Notes: generated by a model not told the origin, from the sequence alone. Shown: positions 39,235 through 50,922, counted from the first letter of the stretch. The stretch is DNA of 64,000 bases from Ignavibacteriota bacterium (GCA_963727825.1 CAVSHO010000011.1:64001-128000), one strand, 5' to 3'. Numbers and translations are program-made.

Positions 39235-39307
39235 TGGACAGGGAGGGAATTGAACCCCCGACACATGGATTTTCAGTCCATTGCTCTACCAACTGAGCTA
39301 CCTGTCC
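39235..39307 (-). tRNA. tRNA-Phe(GAA)
   Basis: GGACAGGTAGCTCAGTTGGTAGAGC-AATGGA-CTGAAAA-TCCAT..GGTTCAATTCC-CTCCCTGTCCA. Confidence 0.97.
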
Positions 39308-39489
39308 GAAAATTCTGTGACTTAACGAGTAAAGCGAAGTTAAGTCTCTGAAATTTTCAGTATCCCGATGTTATATATCGGAACCTAATCCATCCATTTA
39401 TTTCTCAATAAAAATCCCGCCGGACCTCAGCGGGACCAAATATTTAATTAAAATTACCAGACTTTTTGTTGAAAGTCAAGATTTGATTC

Positions 39490-40632
39490 TTAGACCTTTC
39501 CGTTCTTCTTGATGACATCACGCGCTATCACAAGTCTTTGCACTTCACTCGTACCTTCAAATATCGGATTGATGCGAGCATCTCGGTAATAACGTTCGAT
39601 GGGAAGTTCTCGCGAATATCCCATTCCGCCATGTATCTGAACTGCCATATCAGCTACTTTAACGAGATTTTCTGATGCATACAGCTTTACGTATGCAGCT
39701 TGCCGGGAGACAGATTTTTTTTCATCATAATCTTGAGCTGTACGGTAGACCATCGATTCCAAAGCATAGATTGTCAATGCTATATCTGCAAGCATAAATT
39801 GAATCGCCTGAAATTGCGCGAGCGGTTCATTAAATTGTTTTCGTTCTTTTGCATATTTTGTACTAAGTTCTAAGAGTTCTTTCATAGCGCCAAGGCATGC
39901 CGCACCTAAACCAAGACGTCCGGCATCCAATGTTTTCATTGCTAGGAGAAATCCACGCCCGTCATCACCAATAATGTTGCCTTTTGGGACTCGAACATTA
40001 TCAAACGTCAACGCATTCGTCATACTCCCTCGAATACCCATTTTCTTTTCTTTCGGTCCGGCAGAAAATCCTGGTGTTTTTGTCTCGACTACGAATCCGC
40101 TAATGCCCCGTTCTGTCCGAGCAAAAACCGAAAGGACATCCGCCAAACCACCATTTGTGATCCACAATTTCTCGCCGTTAATAACCCATTCGTTACCATC
40201 AAGGTGTGCTTTCGTGCGTAAATTAAATGAATCTGAACCGGCAGTGGCTTCCGTCAAGGCAAAGCCCCCAATATATTTACCCTCGGCAAGCGGAACGAGA
40301 TATTTTTTCTTAAGCTCTTCCGATCCGCCAAGGTAAATTGCATTTGCACCTATCGATTGATGCGCTCCGATGAATGTGGATACCGATAAATCTCCACGAG
40401 CCATTTCTTCCTGCATCACACAATAACCAACTTCGCCAAATCCACCACCGCCATATTCTTGTGGGAATGAAGCACCCAGAAGACCCAGATCGGCAATTTT
40501 GCGAATTAATTCCGGTGGAATGCATTCTTCTTCATCTATTTTATGTGAAAGAGGCTTGATTTCCGTATTTACAAAATCGCGCACCATGCTGCGCAGCATT
40601 TTTTGTTCTTCCGTAAATTCAAACTCAAACAT
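39490..40632 (-). CDS. Acyl-CoA dehydrogenase
   Basis: FALTEATAGSD, NGEKLWITNG, QIHGGMGY and IFEGTSEVQ motifs. Confidence 0.95.
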   Translation of the reverse strand: MFEFEFTEEQKMLRSMVRDFVNTEIKPLSHKIDEEECIPPELIRKIADLGLLGASFPQEYGGGGFGEVGYCVMQEEMARGDLSVSTFIGAHQSIGANAIYLGGSEELKKKYLVPLAEGKYIGGFALTEATAGSDSFNLRTKAHLDGNEWVINGEKLWITNGGLADVLSVFARTERGISGFVVETKTPGFSAGPKEKKMGIRGSMTNALTFDNVRVPKGNIIGDDGRGFLLAMKTLDAGRLGLGAACLGAMKELLELSTKYAKERKQFNEPLAQFQAIQFMLADIALTIYALESMVYRTAQDYDEKKSVSRQAAYVKLYASENLVKVADMAVQIHGGMGYSRELPIERYYRDARINPIFEGTSEVQRLVIARDVIKKNGKV

Positions 40633-40665
40633 ATCAATATCCTTTTTTTCTAATTGATGTTGCGA

Positions 40666-41511
40666 TTATTTATTATCGTAATGATTCCGAATGTTGGCAA
40701 GTGCGGAAATATCTTCTCCTCCATCAACACCCAGAACATTGCCAGATATCCAATGTGCTTCATCTGAAGAAAGAAGAACAATTGCCTTAGCAATATCTTC
40801 TGGTGTTGTGAGTCGCCCGCCTGGATTCTTTCCACGCGCCACTTCAAGCATTCCAACATTTCCGGGAATTTTACGCAACGCAGGTGTATCTGTTACTCCA
40901 GCCATAATAGCATTTGCCGTTATGCCCATAGGCCCAAGCTCCATTGCAAGTTGCCGAATATGCGCTTCTAAACTGGCTTTTGCCGCTGATACAGCACCAT
41001 AATATGACATCGCCGTATGTCCGCCCGAACTTGTCATTCCAAAAATACGTCCGCCCCTTTTCATGAGATTTCGCGAGATCAATCCTTGCACCCAATATAC
41101 AAGACTATGGGCCATCACATTGACAGTCATTTCCATCTGTGCGGGAGTTATAGCATCTTCCGATTTCTTAGCGATGAATTGTTTTAACGTTCCAAATGCG
41201 AGTGAATGCAGGAGCACTCTTACTGTGTTCGAAGAATCGATAGCAAATTGTTCCTGAATATCATCGAGTGTTTCATCTTGTTTAATTTTGTCTGCTGCAT
41301 TGATATTATAGAACACCGTTTTGACGCCAGTGTGTTTGATTTCTCTGATGAGGTTCTGAACATTTGGCATCGTTGCTTGCCGATCAAGATGCACACCAAA
41401 AATATTCATCCCGTTCTCTGCCAATCTAATAGCAGTAGCCGCACCAAATCCACTGGAAGCGCCAAGTATCAATGCCCACTCATGCGATTTGAATTTCAAT
41501 TCTTGCTTCAT
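40666..41511 (-). CDS. SDR enoyl-ACP reductase (FabI/FabL-like)
   Basis: LILGASSGFG, YGAVSAAKASLE and GVTDTPALRKIP motifs. Confidence 0.85.
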   Translation of the reverse strand: MKQELKFKSHEWALILGASSGFGAATAIRLAENGMNIFGVHLDRQATMPNVQNLIREIKHTGVKTVFYNINAADKIKQDETLDDIQEQFAIDSSNTVRVLLHSLAFGTLKQFIAKKSEDAITPAQMEMTVNVMAHSLVYWVQGLISRNLMKRGGRIFGMTSSGGHTAMSYYGAVSAAKASLEAHIRQLAMELGPMGITANAIMAGVTDTPALRKIPGNVGMLEVARGKNPGGRLTTPEDIAKAIVLLSSDEAHWISGNVLGVDGGEDISALANIRNHYDNK

Positions 41512-41578
41512 ACCTTAATACACTTTCCTTTGATAAACTGATATTAAAGATATAAGGAATTATCAGAAAAACAATTCT

Positions 41579-43417
41579 TCATTCTACTGTAACGCTCTTT
41601 GCAAGATTTCGTGGTTGGTCCACATTGCAGCCTCGCAATACAGCAATGTAATACGCCAGTAATTGCAGCGGGATAACGGAGAGTATCGGTGAGAACAAAT
41701 CAAGTGTTTGCGGAACGCAGATCAAATAATCAGCTAACTGGCTAATATTTTTCTCCTCTTCATTGACAATCGCTATCACTATTCCGCGCCGGGCTTTTAC
41801 TTCTTGAATATTGCTCATAATCTTTTCGTATGTTCTGTCGTGCGGAGCGATAAACACAACCGGCATTTTCTCGTCAATTAAAGCAATGGGTCCGTGTTTC
41901 ATTTCTGCAGCTGGGTACCCTTCTGCGTGAATATAAGAGATCTCCTTTAATTTTAGCGCGCCCTCGAGTGCAACGGGGAAATTATATCCTCTGCCAAGAT
42001 AAAGAAAGTTTTTCATTTCATTAAATTCACCTGCGATATATTCAATCTGCTTTGTATTGGAAAGGATTGTTAGCACTTTTCCCGGCAACAATTTCAATTC
42101 ATGAACGAGTGCTGCGCCTTCTTCCCGCGACATTCCTCTGCTTCGAGCTATCAAAATTGTCAAAAGCGCTAACACTGTCAATTGGGATGTGAATGCTTTT
42201 GTTGATGCAACACCTATTTCTGGCCCGGCATGAATATAAACGCCGCCATCGCTTTCTCGTGCAATAGAACTTCCTACAACATTGCATATTCCAAGAACAG
42301 TCGCCCCCTGTGCTTTCGCTTCTCGTAAAGCTGCCAGTGTATCTGCTGTTTCGCCACTTTGACTAATAAGAATCACGATATCATCTTTTGTCAGAATGGG
42401 ATTTCGATAACGGAACTCGGAAGCGTATTCCACTTCAACAGAAATATGCGCGTACTGCTCAAGCATATATTCTCCAATTAAAGCGGCATTCCACGATGTG
42501 CCACAAGCAGCAAGAATTAAACGCGGTGCACGCCCTATCTTCTCAAATACCCCCTCAAGCCCTCCAAGCTTTACATTGCCTTCCTCCTCCAGCACTCTGC
42601 CGCGCATTGCATTCTGAATCGACTCGGACTGCTCATGAATTTCTTTCAGCATGAAATGAGTGAATCCACCCTTTTCGATTTGCTCTAAATCGAATGTGAG
42701 TTCTTGAACCTCTTTCGTAATCTCAACATCGCTAAGTGTCTTTGTAACCACACTATTGGCTGTTAATTCGGCAACCTCGCCATCTCCCAGATATACAACT
42801 TGGCGAGTATGCTCTATAATTGCAGCCGCGTCAGCTGCAACAATATTTTCACCATCGCCAATCCCGAGAATAAGCGGACTTCCCATTCGAGCTGCGACTA
42901 TTCTATCCGGTTCACGAGTCGATAGAACAACGAGTCCATACGTTCCTGTTACCTCTTTCATCGCAAGGCGAACTGCATTAAAAAGATTAGGTGTCGATTT
43001 ATAGATTTCCTCGATTAAGTGCGCAATAACCTCAGTATCCGTGTCACTTACAAAGCGGTGCCCTCCTCGCAATAATTTTGTTTTAATAGCGACATAGTTT
43101 TCGATTATACCATTGTGGATTACGGCTATTTCATTCAGGCAGTCTGCATGTGGATGGGCATTAATATTATTAGGTTCACCATGTGTAGCCCAGCGAGTAT
43201 GTCCCATGCCAATATGTGCTTCTGGTTGACTGTTACCGTTATTAATCTTCTTTACAAGATCATCTACTTTCCCTGCCTGCTTTTGAATATACAAAGTTCC
43301 GTTACTACTAAGTGCTATTCCTGCTGAATCATATCCTCGGTATTCCATGCGCCTCAATCCTTCCAACAATATTGGAAGCGCATTATTTTTACCAATATAC
43401 CCAACAATACCACACAT
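41579..43417 (-). CDS. glmS: Glutamine-fructose-6-phosphate transaminase
   Basis: MCGIVG, GHTRWATHG and PRNLAKSVTVE motifs. Confidence 0.98.
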   Translation of the reverse strand: MCGIVGYIGKNNALPILLEGLRRMEYRGYDSAGIALSSNGTLYIQKQAGKVDDLVKKINNGNSQPEAHIGMGHTRWATHGEPNNINAHPHADCLNEIAVIHNGIIENYVAIKTKLLRGGHRFVSDTDTEVIAHLIEEIYKSTPNLFNAVRLAMKEVTGTYGLVVLSTREPDRIVAARMGSPLILGIGDGENIVAADAAAIIEHTRQVVYLGDGEVAELTANSVVTKTLSDVEITKEVQELTFDLEQIEKGGFTHFMLKEIHEQSESIQNAMRGRVLEEEGNVKLGGLEGVFEKIGRAPRLILAACGTSWNAALIGEYMLEQYAHISVEVEYASEFRYRNPILTKDDIVILISQSGETADTLAALREAKAQGATVLGICNVVGSSIARESDGGVYIHAGPEIGVASTKAFTSQLTVLALLTILIARSRGMSREEGAALVHELKLLPGKVLTILSNTKQIEYIAGEFNEMKNFLYLGRGYNFPVALEGALKLKEISYIHAEGYPAAEMKHGPIALIDEKMPVVFIAPHDRTYEKIMSNIQEVKARRGIVIAIVNEEEKNISQLADYLICVPQTLDLFSPILSVIPLQLLAYYIAVLRGCNVDQPRNLAKSVTVE

Positions 43418-43431
43418 AATTCATTCTCCAA

Positions 43432-44199
43432 TTACGGGTTCAAACAAATGACAGCCATCATCCTGCCTGCACTTTTTCCATCCCGCCTATAGGAATGGAA
43501 TAAATGTTTCTCACAAATTGTGCAGTGCGTGCTGATTTCTATGTTCTCTGCGACTACTCCCAGCTGTGTTAGTTGGGATGCATTTTCTTTCTTTAGATCG
43601 ATAAATATCTTTGTAGTATTACAAGGTACGATTTTATTCTCGAACTTGACAGCGACTTCTTCATTCACTTCGTAACAACATACTCCAGCTGATGGACCTA
43701 TAAAGGCAAGCAAATTTTGGGTATCTGTTTTGAATTCCTCTTGCATCTTATATACCGCTCGCTTGACGATTTCATTTGCGGTGCCTCTCCATCCTGCATG
43801 TGCTATTCCTATCACATTTTGAATTGGATCAAAGAGCATAATCGGAACACAATCAGCAATAGTTATAAGCAATGCCACTTCACTTACGTTTGTAACAAGA
43901 GCATCGCAATTCTTATATTCACCAGGTGCATCAACCTTGCAAACATTGTTTGAATGAGATTGCAGTGGAATTGCAAGCTTACTACCGGATATCCCGAGCT
44001 GAGATAAGAACCATTTCCGATTCATTTCAACGCTTGCCGGATCGTCTCCAATGCCATAACCGAGATTCATCTCGAATCCATTGCGGCTTTTATTCCCGAG
44101 CTTAGTGCTCATTCCTGAATGCAACTTCGGATAATTAGAAAATATATCAGGGATTATTACAATCTTTTCTTGGATGTTAGATTGGAAGTCGGATTTCAA
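43432..44199 (-). CDS. pgeF: Peptidoglycan editing factor / YfiH family
   Basis: ADCVPI, AHAGWRG, GPSAGVCCYEV and HSYRRD motifs. Confidence 0.92.
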   Translation of the reverse strand: MKSDFQSNIQEKIVIIPDIFSNYPKLHSGMSTKLGNKSRNGFEMNLGYGIGDDPASVEMNRKWFLSQLGISGSKLAIPLQSHSNNVCKVDAPGEYKNCDALVTNVSEVALLITIADCVPIMLFDPIQNVIGIAHAGWRGTANEIVKRAVYKMQEEFKTDTQNLLAFIGPSAGVCCYEVNEEVAVKFENKIVPCNTTKIFIDLKKENASQLTQLGVVAENIEISTHCTICEKHLFHSYRRDGKSAGRMMAVICLNP

Positions 44200-47100
44200 A
44201 TGTCGTCCCTTTTCCGTGTTCGCTTTTACAGGTTATTTTCCCTCCATGATCTTCAATGACTCTTCTTGCTATTGCTAATCCAATTCCCATCCCTTCCGAC
44301 TTTGTTGAAAAGTTTGGTTCAAATATCTTTGAACGTATCTCTTCTGGAATTCCTAAACCTGTGTCAGAGATAGTAATAAGGCACAATCGCCCTTCTTGAG
44401 AAGTTCTAATAGTAATTGTTCCTGTTTTTTCGATTGCTTGAATAGCGTTTCTTATAATATTGATAAAGACTCCACGAAGTTGATCGCTATCTGCAATCAC
44501 TTTAACAGTCGGTGACGCAAGTTGATCGATAAAGCGGACTCCCTGAACCTCCCTGAATAAATTGATTATTTCCTTCAATAAATCATCAATGCTGACTCGT
44601 TCGAATCTTCTCTCCGGCATTTTAGCAAAGTGCGAGAATTCCGTTGCAATGCGTGATAGAGCTTCTATTTGATCGATCACAGTTTGTGTTACACGCTGGA
44701 GAATTTCTTCCCGTTCCGGTGCTTGATCTTTGAATGCCTGCCGCAAATGTTGAATGGAAAGTTTCATTGGCGTAAGTGGATTTCTGATTTCATGGGCGAC
44801 TTGCTTCGCCATTTCTTTCCAAGCATTCTCGCGTTCATGTTTGGCAAGTTCATCTCTGCTCGTGCGCAACTTTGAGATCATATCGTTGAATGATTGGGCA
44901 AGTGTTCCAATTTCATCACGTGATTTCACTGAAACATTTATATCGAGATTTCCGTCGGCAACGCTTTTTACGGCACCGGTCAGTTTATGCAGTGGACGTG
45001 CGAAACGTAAAGCAAGTATTCCACCGCCGGCTAATGCAAATCCAAATATAATAGCGTAAACTCCAAAGACATATACATTTTGCTGCGACAGTTCGGCTTC
45101 GATTTCTCTTTGTCTATTTAAGGTCGGTATAGCAAGCACCCCAACAACGCGTCCATTGATCGTAAGCGCAGAATAACCAACAACGTATTCAACAGAGCCA
45201 ATTTTTTCTTTTGCCAAAATGTACTTTTTTCCATCAAGTATTGTTGAAGCATATACTTTGCCATTAAGCCTTCCATCTAAAAGAGATGCTCTATAAAGTT
45301 CCGATCGGCTGCTTGCCTGAATTGTAGCGCCTCGATAAATCGAAAAATCAATTCCATATTCAGCGGCAAGCGCTTCACAGAAATCATCATCGACCCCTTT
45401 TATGAAATCCTCCTCATCAGTAACATAAGCGCTGATTCGATCCTGTAATTTAGCTAACTCACTGTAGAGTTCTATCTCACCTTGTTTTTGCACTCGTTCT
45501 GCAACGAGCTGTCTATTGTAGTAACTTAGAATCACAAGCGGTATAAGTGTTATGCATGCAAATCCGAATACGAGTTTACCTTTAAATCCAAATGCAGGCA
45601 TATTGTTCTGCTTAATTTTCCTAATGCATAAACATATACCGATTACAGCCATAATGGTAAGACAGATGAAGAATTCTTTCAGGTAACCAAACATATCCCA
45701 ACGAAAATCTAATTCTTCCAAACTGATTGCTGCAATTCTCTCAAACGAAGCAGGATCTCTCATAAACACTGTGTGCGTTTTATATCCATTAATCAGAATA
45801 TTTTTCCACAGAATATTATTTGCTGTCTTTTGAAGTTCACTATCTATCGCTGTAGTCAAAAAGTTCTCTGGATACAATTTTCTACCTGTTGAAAGTACCA
45901 GCGAATCATTTACAAATTCATGAACAGCAATTTCACGCACTGCATTATTTTCTAACCTATCCCCAAATTGCCGAAGCGGTTCTGTGTCTTCTTCATGAAA
46001 TATGGTTTTTTGATGTTCTGATAGAAGCAATGCAACACTGCCAAGTAATTGGCCGCTTGAATCTCTTATAGTAGTCCAAGCTCCATATAGTTTGCCTAAT
46101 ATTTTTGATTCTGTTCGATCAATGACGTGAACAGCATCTTCTTCACCTGCAAAGACTTTTGTGAGAATATTTTGTTGTTCTGGTTTATTCATGCCTACTA
46201 CAAACCGATCAACTTCGCTTCCTTGTTGATTATATAGAATAAGAGCAGAGTTGTATCCTTCTTTGCCGATAAGTGATTTTGTCCATAGAACAAAGGCCAA
46301 GTTATTTTCTTTTGCTGCTGAAATAGAATATGAGTTCAAATTATCTTCATAACTTTCGACAGTTGTTCGGAGCCCATCCTGCACAATATAAGTCAACCAA
46401 CTGTCTGATGGGCGCAAGAATTCGCTCTCTATCGATTCCACTTCTTTGCGCTCTCTTTGCTGAAGTTCCAGATGTAATAAAGGTGCTCCAATAACAAATG
46501 AACTCAAAGTTATCCACACTGCAAGCCTCCATTGCCGTGGCGTTAAACTAAGTCCTACGGTTTTCCAATAGACAATTAACTCATTGAAGGCAACACAAAT
46601 CGTAATGAAGAGAATTGAAAAAAGGAGTAAAATTATTTGAGTCCTATCTATGAGCGTAAATATTGGAATGCCGATAATTATAGAACTGATAAGGACAATT
46701 TGCAATATAGTCTTAGATTCAGAATAATGAGCAGACAGTAATTTTCTTACGCTATAGAGTAATACTATTGAGATACATATCAAAGAGATACCGAGCATGA
46801 GAATATTGGAATACATAAGCGCTGCAGCGTTGTCCGGCAATATCTCCGACGGATTGCTATATCTAATTGTTGAATCAAAAACAAAACTCCGCACTGCTTC
46901 ACCAAACCCCCGAAAGAGCCATAGGATCAGCATTGAAATAACAATAACGAATACTATAGAACCTATTCGTCCGACACGTAAACTAAGTCTCGTGGTTATT
47001 CCATTTTCTTTATACTTAAGGGTGATATAAGAAAACAAGAACCAAGATGAAACCACTGCTGTTAATCCCGTTAAAATAAGTTCGCCGAGTGAAGAACTAA

Positions 47101-48080
47101 ATCCAAAAATAAATGGGGATGCATATAAATTCGGATTGAAGAGCCATCCGCTAAAGATAGTAGCGGGAAAATTTAGTTCTCGCCATACCAGTCGAACAAA
47201 CCACAAAGAAAAAACGAATGTCGTGGATGTCATCCAACTGTTACTTTTTTTTGCGATCCATATTAAAAAGATACTTGTAAGGAACAGACAACTACATGCT
47301 AAACAAATGGAGATCAACATCATGCACGCGTCTATATCTGACGAAATCTTACCATTAAGAGTCATTTCTGTGACAAAGAATTCAGCCATCGTCTTATTTG
47401 CTTGATCGACCACTGGAATACTATACTCTCCCTGATGCGCTATATACGTGTGCGGTAGTTTGAAGGTAACTTGTGTCCCTAGTGCCTGCGAAAGTTCTGC
47501 GCATAAACTTACTTTCTGAACAAAGCGATTTGATATCGGAGAGTTTACTTCAAGCGGTTCACTTACCAATAAAGTCAATTTATCCGAAGATAATTTCTTT
47601 CCTACAGTTAAATAGGTGCGCAATCCGTTTTGTGTAATATAGATAAATGGTTCGCGGGAATTATTATCGTTCACCTGCTTGTATAATAAGTGCAATGCTG
47701 GGCCCATTCCATGCAAGGATATTTTCTTGAAAATCAATGAGGTCGATTGTTTGATCATCATTTAATCTATGCGAATTAATAGATTGAAATGCTTTAATCG
47801 CGGCAGGGATATCGTTTAGGCTTGAACTCGTGCATAGTGATGTATCACTGGAAGTAACATCGACAATTTTAGTCAGCTTTTCAATTCTGGTTTGAAATGC
47901 TTTACGAATTTCTAGTTCGGCTCGCGTGCGTTGCGCGGTGCGTTCGGCATCCCAACGATAATTTACAAATGATGGAATGGCAAGCCGTACTACCATTAGC
48001 ACTGCCGTTATGGCAATACAAATAAAAAAGCCCCACAGCGCGGGGCGGGCATACTTTATGTAATAATTTGTTATGCCCAT
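44177..48080 (-). CDS. Large multi-TM NtrY-like sensor histidine kinase, split by a frameshift near 47690
   Basis: HAMP domain and AWKEMAKQVAHEIRNPLTPMKLSIQ. The ORF 47664-48080 supplies the N-terminus in another frame. Confidence 0.8.
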
Positions 48081-48087
48081 TGCTTCA

Positions 48088-48555
48088 TTAATAGATATTG
48101 AATTGATTGATGACCCACCGAGAATCCTGCCGTGTCAGCGACACGTATACTTGCACTGATTCTTGATTCCCTTTTTTAACATAAACAAGACGGCCTGTCG
48201 CGTAAGGGGCGTTACCTTTTTCATGAATACGAGAAAACTCAAAGGAGATTGATTTGCGTCCTGAAAAATACCCAGATAACACCGAAGCTGCTTGATTCAT
48301 TGAGAAATATCCACGCTCACTTGAGCCTATGGCGATAGAAACTATAGCACCAAGGTCTCTTTGAAATCCTTCCACTGTACACATCCGTATACCGTACTCA
48401 ATGTTATGAAATATAGATAATACTTTGGAGTACTGCTGAATTAAGATAGTAGATTCTGTGCCGGATGCCTCTTTTATGAGATGCAACTCAGATTTTTGTT
48501 TCACCTGTGCTTGGGAAGAAAAAGAGAAAAGTAATATGACTAACAGCCATCTCAT
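48088..48555 (-). CDS. DUF4783-like exported protein
   Basis: Signal peptide; YFSMNQAASVLSGYF and YATGRL motifs. Confidence 0.6.
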   Translation of the reverse strand: MRWLLVILLFSFSSQAQVKQKSELHLIKEASGTESTILIQQYSKVLSIFHNIEYGIRMCTVEGFQRDLGAIVSIAIGSSERGYFSMNQAASVLSGYFSGRKSISFEFSRIHEKGNAPYATGRLVYVKKGNQESVQVYVSLTRQDSRWVINQFNIY

Positions 48556-48703
48556 AGTTCGCGATCAAATTATCAGAAAACGTGGAGAAAGTCAATTAAT
48601 GCAAATGAATCAGCTTTACTTTTCAAAATATACATTAAAACTTCTATCAATATATCTGTGTCACCAAAATAAAATAACCAATAGATGTCCGCATATATAT
48701 ATC

Positions 48704-49990
48704 TTATTTTACGAAATACATCTTTCCATTATTTATAATACCGATTGCCTTTCCTTTCAATGCCCGTCCGTGAAATGGAGAGTTTTTAGATTTTGATTTG
48801 AATGATTGAATGTCCACTATCCATTCGATTGCCGGATCCAGCAATGTCAAATTCGCTATTTCGCCTTCCTGAATATTAATCGCCGGTAACGAAAGAATGT
48901 GACGCGGATTTACTGAAAGCTTTTCGACTAATTGAATAAGGGTGAGATATTTATGATTAACAAGTTCCGTGATAGACAATCCAATGGCAGTTTCTAAGCC
49001 AACAATGCCAAACGGTGCTTGTGCAAATTCAACTTCCTTTTCATCAATAGTATGTGGTGCGTGATCCGATGCAATGGCATCGATGATCCCATCGCGCAAC
49101 GCTTCTTTTATCGCTTGAACATCTTCTTTCGTTCGCAGGGGAGGATTCATTTTCATATTCGTATCAAAGCTTGCAACTGCTTCATCCGAAAGTGTAAAGT
49201 GATGTGGCGCAGCTTCGCAGGTTATATTTAACTTTTCTATTTTCGCTCGGCGTACGCAATCGATAGATCCGATTGTGCTTATGTGCGCAACGTGATATTT
49301 CGCCCGAGGGACATAACGCAAGAGAACAATATCCCGTGCAATCATCAACTCTTCGGCAATCGGCGGAATACCGGGCATGCCAAGCCGAGTAGATTCAAAT
49401 CCTTCATTCATCAATCCATTCCTTGTCATCGTGTGTTCTTCTGCATGTTGAATAATAGGCAAATTATACATAGATGAATATTCAAAAATTCGCCGCATTA
49501 ACTCTGCATTTGAAATCGGCGAGCCGTCATCTGAAAAAGCAACCGCACCGGCTTTTGCTAATTCAGCCATCGGTGATAATTCTTCACCTTTACGCCCTTT
49601 CGATGCAGCGGCAATCGGGTACACATCCACAAGTCCTCCGGTGGCGCGTCTTCCTTCTTCCTGAACATAGCGCGCAACAGATTCTTCATCAATTGCCGGA
49701 TTCGTATTAGGCATGCAACATACGGCTGTAAATCCTCCAGCGGCGGCAGAAGCACATCCTGTTTCAATAGTTTCTTTGTGTTCAAATCCCGGTTCACGTA
49801 GATGCACATGCATATCGATAAATCCAGGAGCAATGACTTTATTTTTCAAATCAATTACCTTATACGATTTATCGCTGGAAAGCGATGCGCCGATTCGTTC
49901 AATCTTTCCATCTACAATCAACATATCCATAATCGCATCTTTCCCTTTAATGGGATCAATTAAATGACCAGATTTCAGATGTAGTTTCAT
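48704..49990 (-). CDS. pyrC: Dihydroorotase
   Basis: PGFIDMHVHLREPG, KMNPPLR and ASDHAPH motifs. Confidence 0.96.
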   Translation of the reverse strand: MKLHLKSGHLIDPIKGKDAIMDMLIVDGKIERIGASLSSDKSYKVIDLKNKVIAPGFIDMHVHLREPGFEHKETIETGCASAAAGGFTAVCCMPNTNPAIDEESVARYVQEEGRRATGGLVDVYPIAAASKGRKGEELSPMAELAKAGAVAFSDDGSPISNAELMRRIFEYSSMYNLPIIQHAEEHTMTRNGLMNEGFESTRLGMPGIPPIAEELMIARDIVLLRYVPRAKYHVAHISTIGSIDCVRRAKIEKLNITCEAAPHHFTLSDEAVASFDTNMKMNPPLRTKEDVQAIKEALRDGIIDAIASDHAPHTIDEKEVEFAQAPFGIVGLETAIGLSITELVNHKYLTLIQLVEKLSVNPRHILSLPAINIQEGEIANLTLLDPAIEWIVDIQSFKSKSKNSPFHGRALKGKAIGIINNGKMYFVK

Positions 49991-50001
49991 GTTTAATTCC
50001 C

Positions 50002-50922
50002 TCAATTAGAAGTTCCAAGTAAGTAGAGTACCGCCATTCTGATGGCTTCACCGTTGGTTACTTGTTCGAGAATGACAGAATGAGGCCCATCTGCGAGATC
50101 AGCAGAAAGTTCAACATCACGATTAATTGGACCAGGATGCATTATGGTAATTGGTTTCAACGCACGATCAACTTTTTCTTTCGTCACACCGAAGTAACGA
50201 TGGTATTCACGAAGTGATGGGAAGAGCCCGCTTTTTTGCCGCTCCAGTTGAATACGAAGAACATTCAATACATCGACTTGAGGAATCACATCTTCTAATC
50301 TATGATATACATGCACGCCAAGATTTTCAATGTTCCGCGGGATAAGTGTTGCCGGGCCGCATACGGATATTTCTGCCCCCATAGTTCTTAATCCATAAAT
50401 ATTTGAAAGTGCAACACGGCTGTGTACAATATCGCCCACGATGCAAATACGCAATCCTTCGAGTGAGCCATGTTTCTCCCTCAGTGTCATCATATCGAGC
50501 AATGCTTGCGTAGGATGCTCATGCGCTCCATCGCCTGCGTTAATCACATTTGCCTTAACTACACGTGTCAGAAAGTACGGTGCGCCTGATGCTGAATGTC
50601 TAATTACAACCATATCGATTTTCATCGCTTCGATGTTGCGAGCTGTATCCTTCAAGGTTTCTCCTTTACTAACACTACTACCGGATGCGGCAAAGTTTAC
50701 TACATCTGCCGAGAGACGCCGCTCTGCAAGCTCAAATGAAATTCTTGTTCGAGTAGAACTCTCAAAGAATAAATTCACAATTGTTTTTCCTTGCAGCGGC
50801 GGAACCTTTTTAATCGGCCGTTCTAAAATCTCTTTGAATGATGCTGCTGTATCTAGTATAAGCGTGATATCTTCCTTGCTCATTCCTTCTAGTCCAAGTA
50901 AGTGACGGCTTTGCAATTTCAT
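50002..50922 (-). CDS. pyrB: Aspartate carbamoyltransferase catalytic subunit
   Basis: FFESSTRT, HEHPTQALLD and MHPGP motifs. Confidence 0.97.
   Translation of the reverse strand: MKLQSRHLLGLEGMSKEDITLILDTAASFKEILERPIKKVPPLQGKTIVNLFFESSTRTRISFELAERRLSADVVNFAASGSSVSKGETLKDTARNIEAMKIDMVVIRHSASGAPYFLTRVVKANVINAGDGAHEHPTQALLDMMTLREKHGSLEGLRICIVGDIVHSRVALSNIYGLRTMGAEISVCGPATLIPRNIENLGVHVYHRLEDVIPQVDVLNVLRIQLERQKSGLFPSLREYHRYFGVTKEKVDRALKPITIMHPGPINRDVELSADLADGPHSVILEQVTNGEAIRMAVLYLLGTSN

Noticed and set aside
39320-39350. attC upstream of tRNA-Phe (ACTTAAC...GTTAAGT)
   Set aside because: Too short and without L boxes; better read as a REP-like hairpin.
43417-43432. glmS ribozyme
   Set aside because: pgeF ends 14 nt upstream of glmS, leaving no room for a leader.
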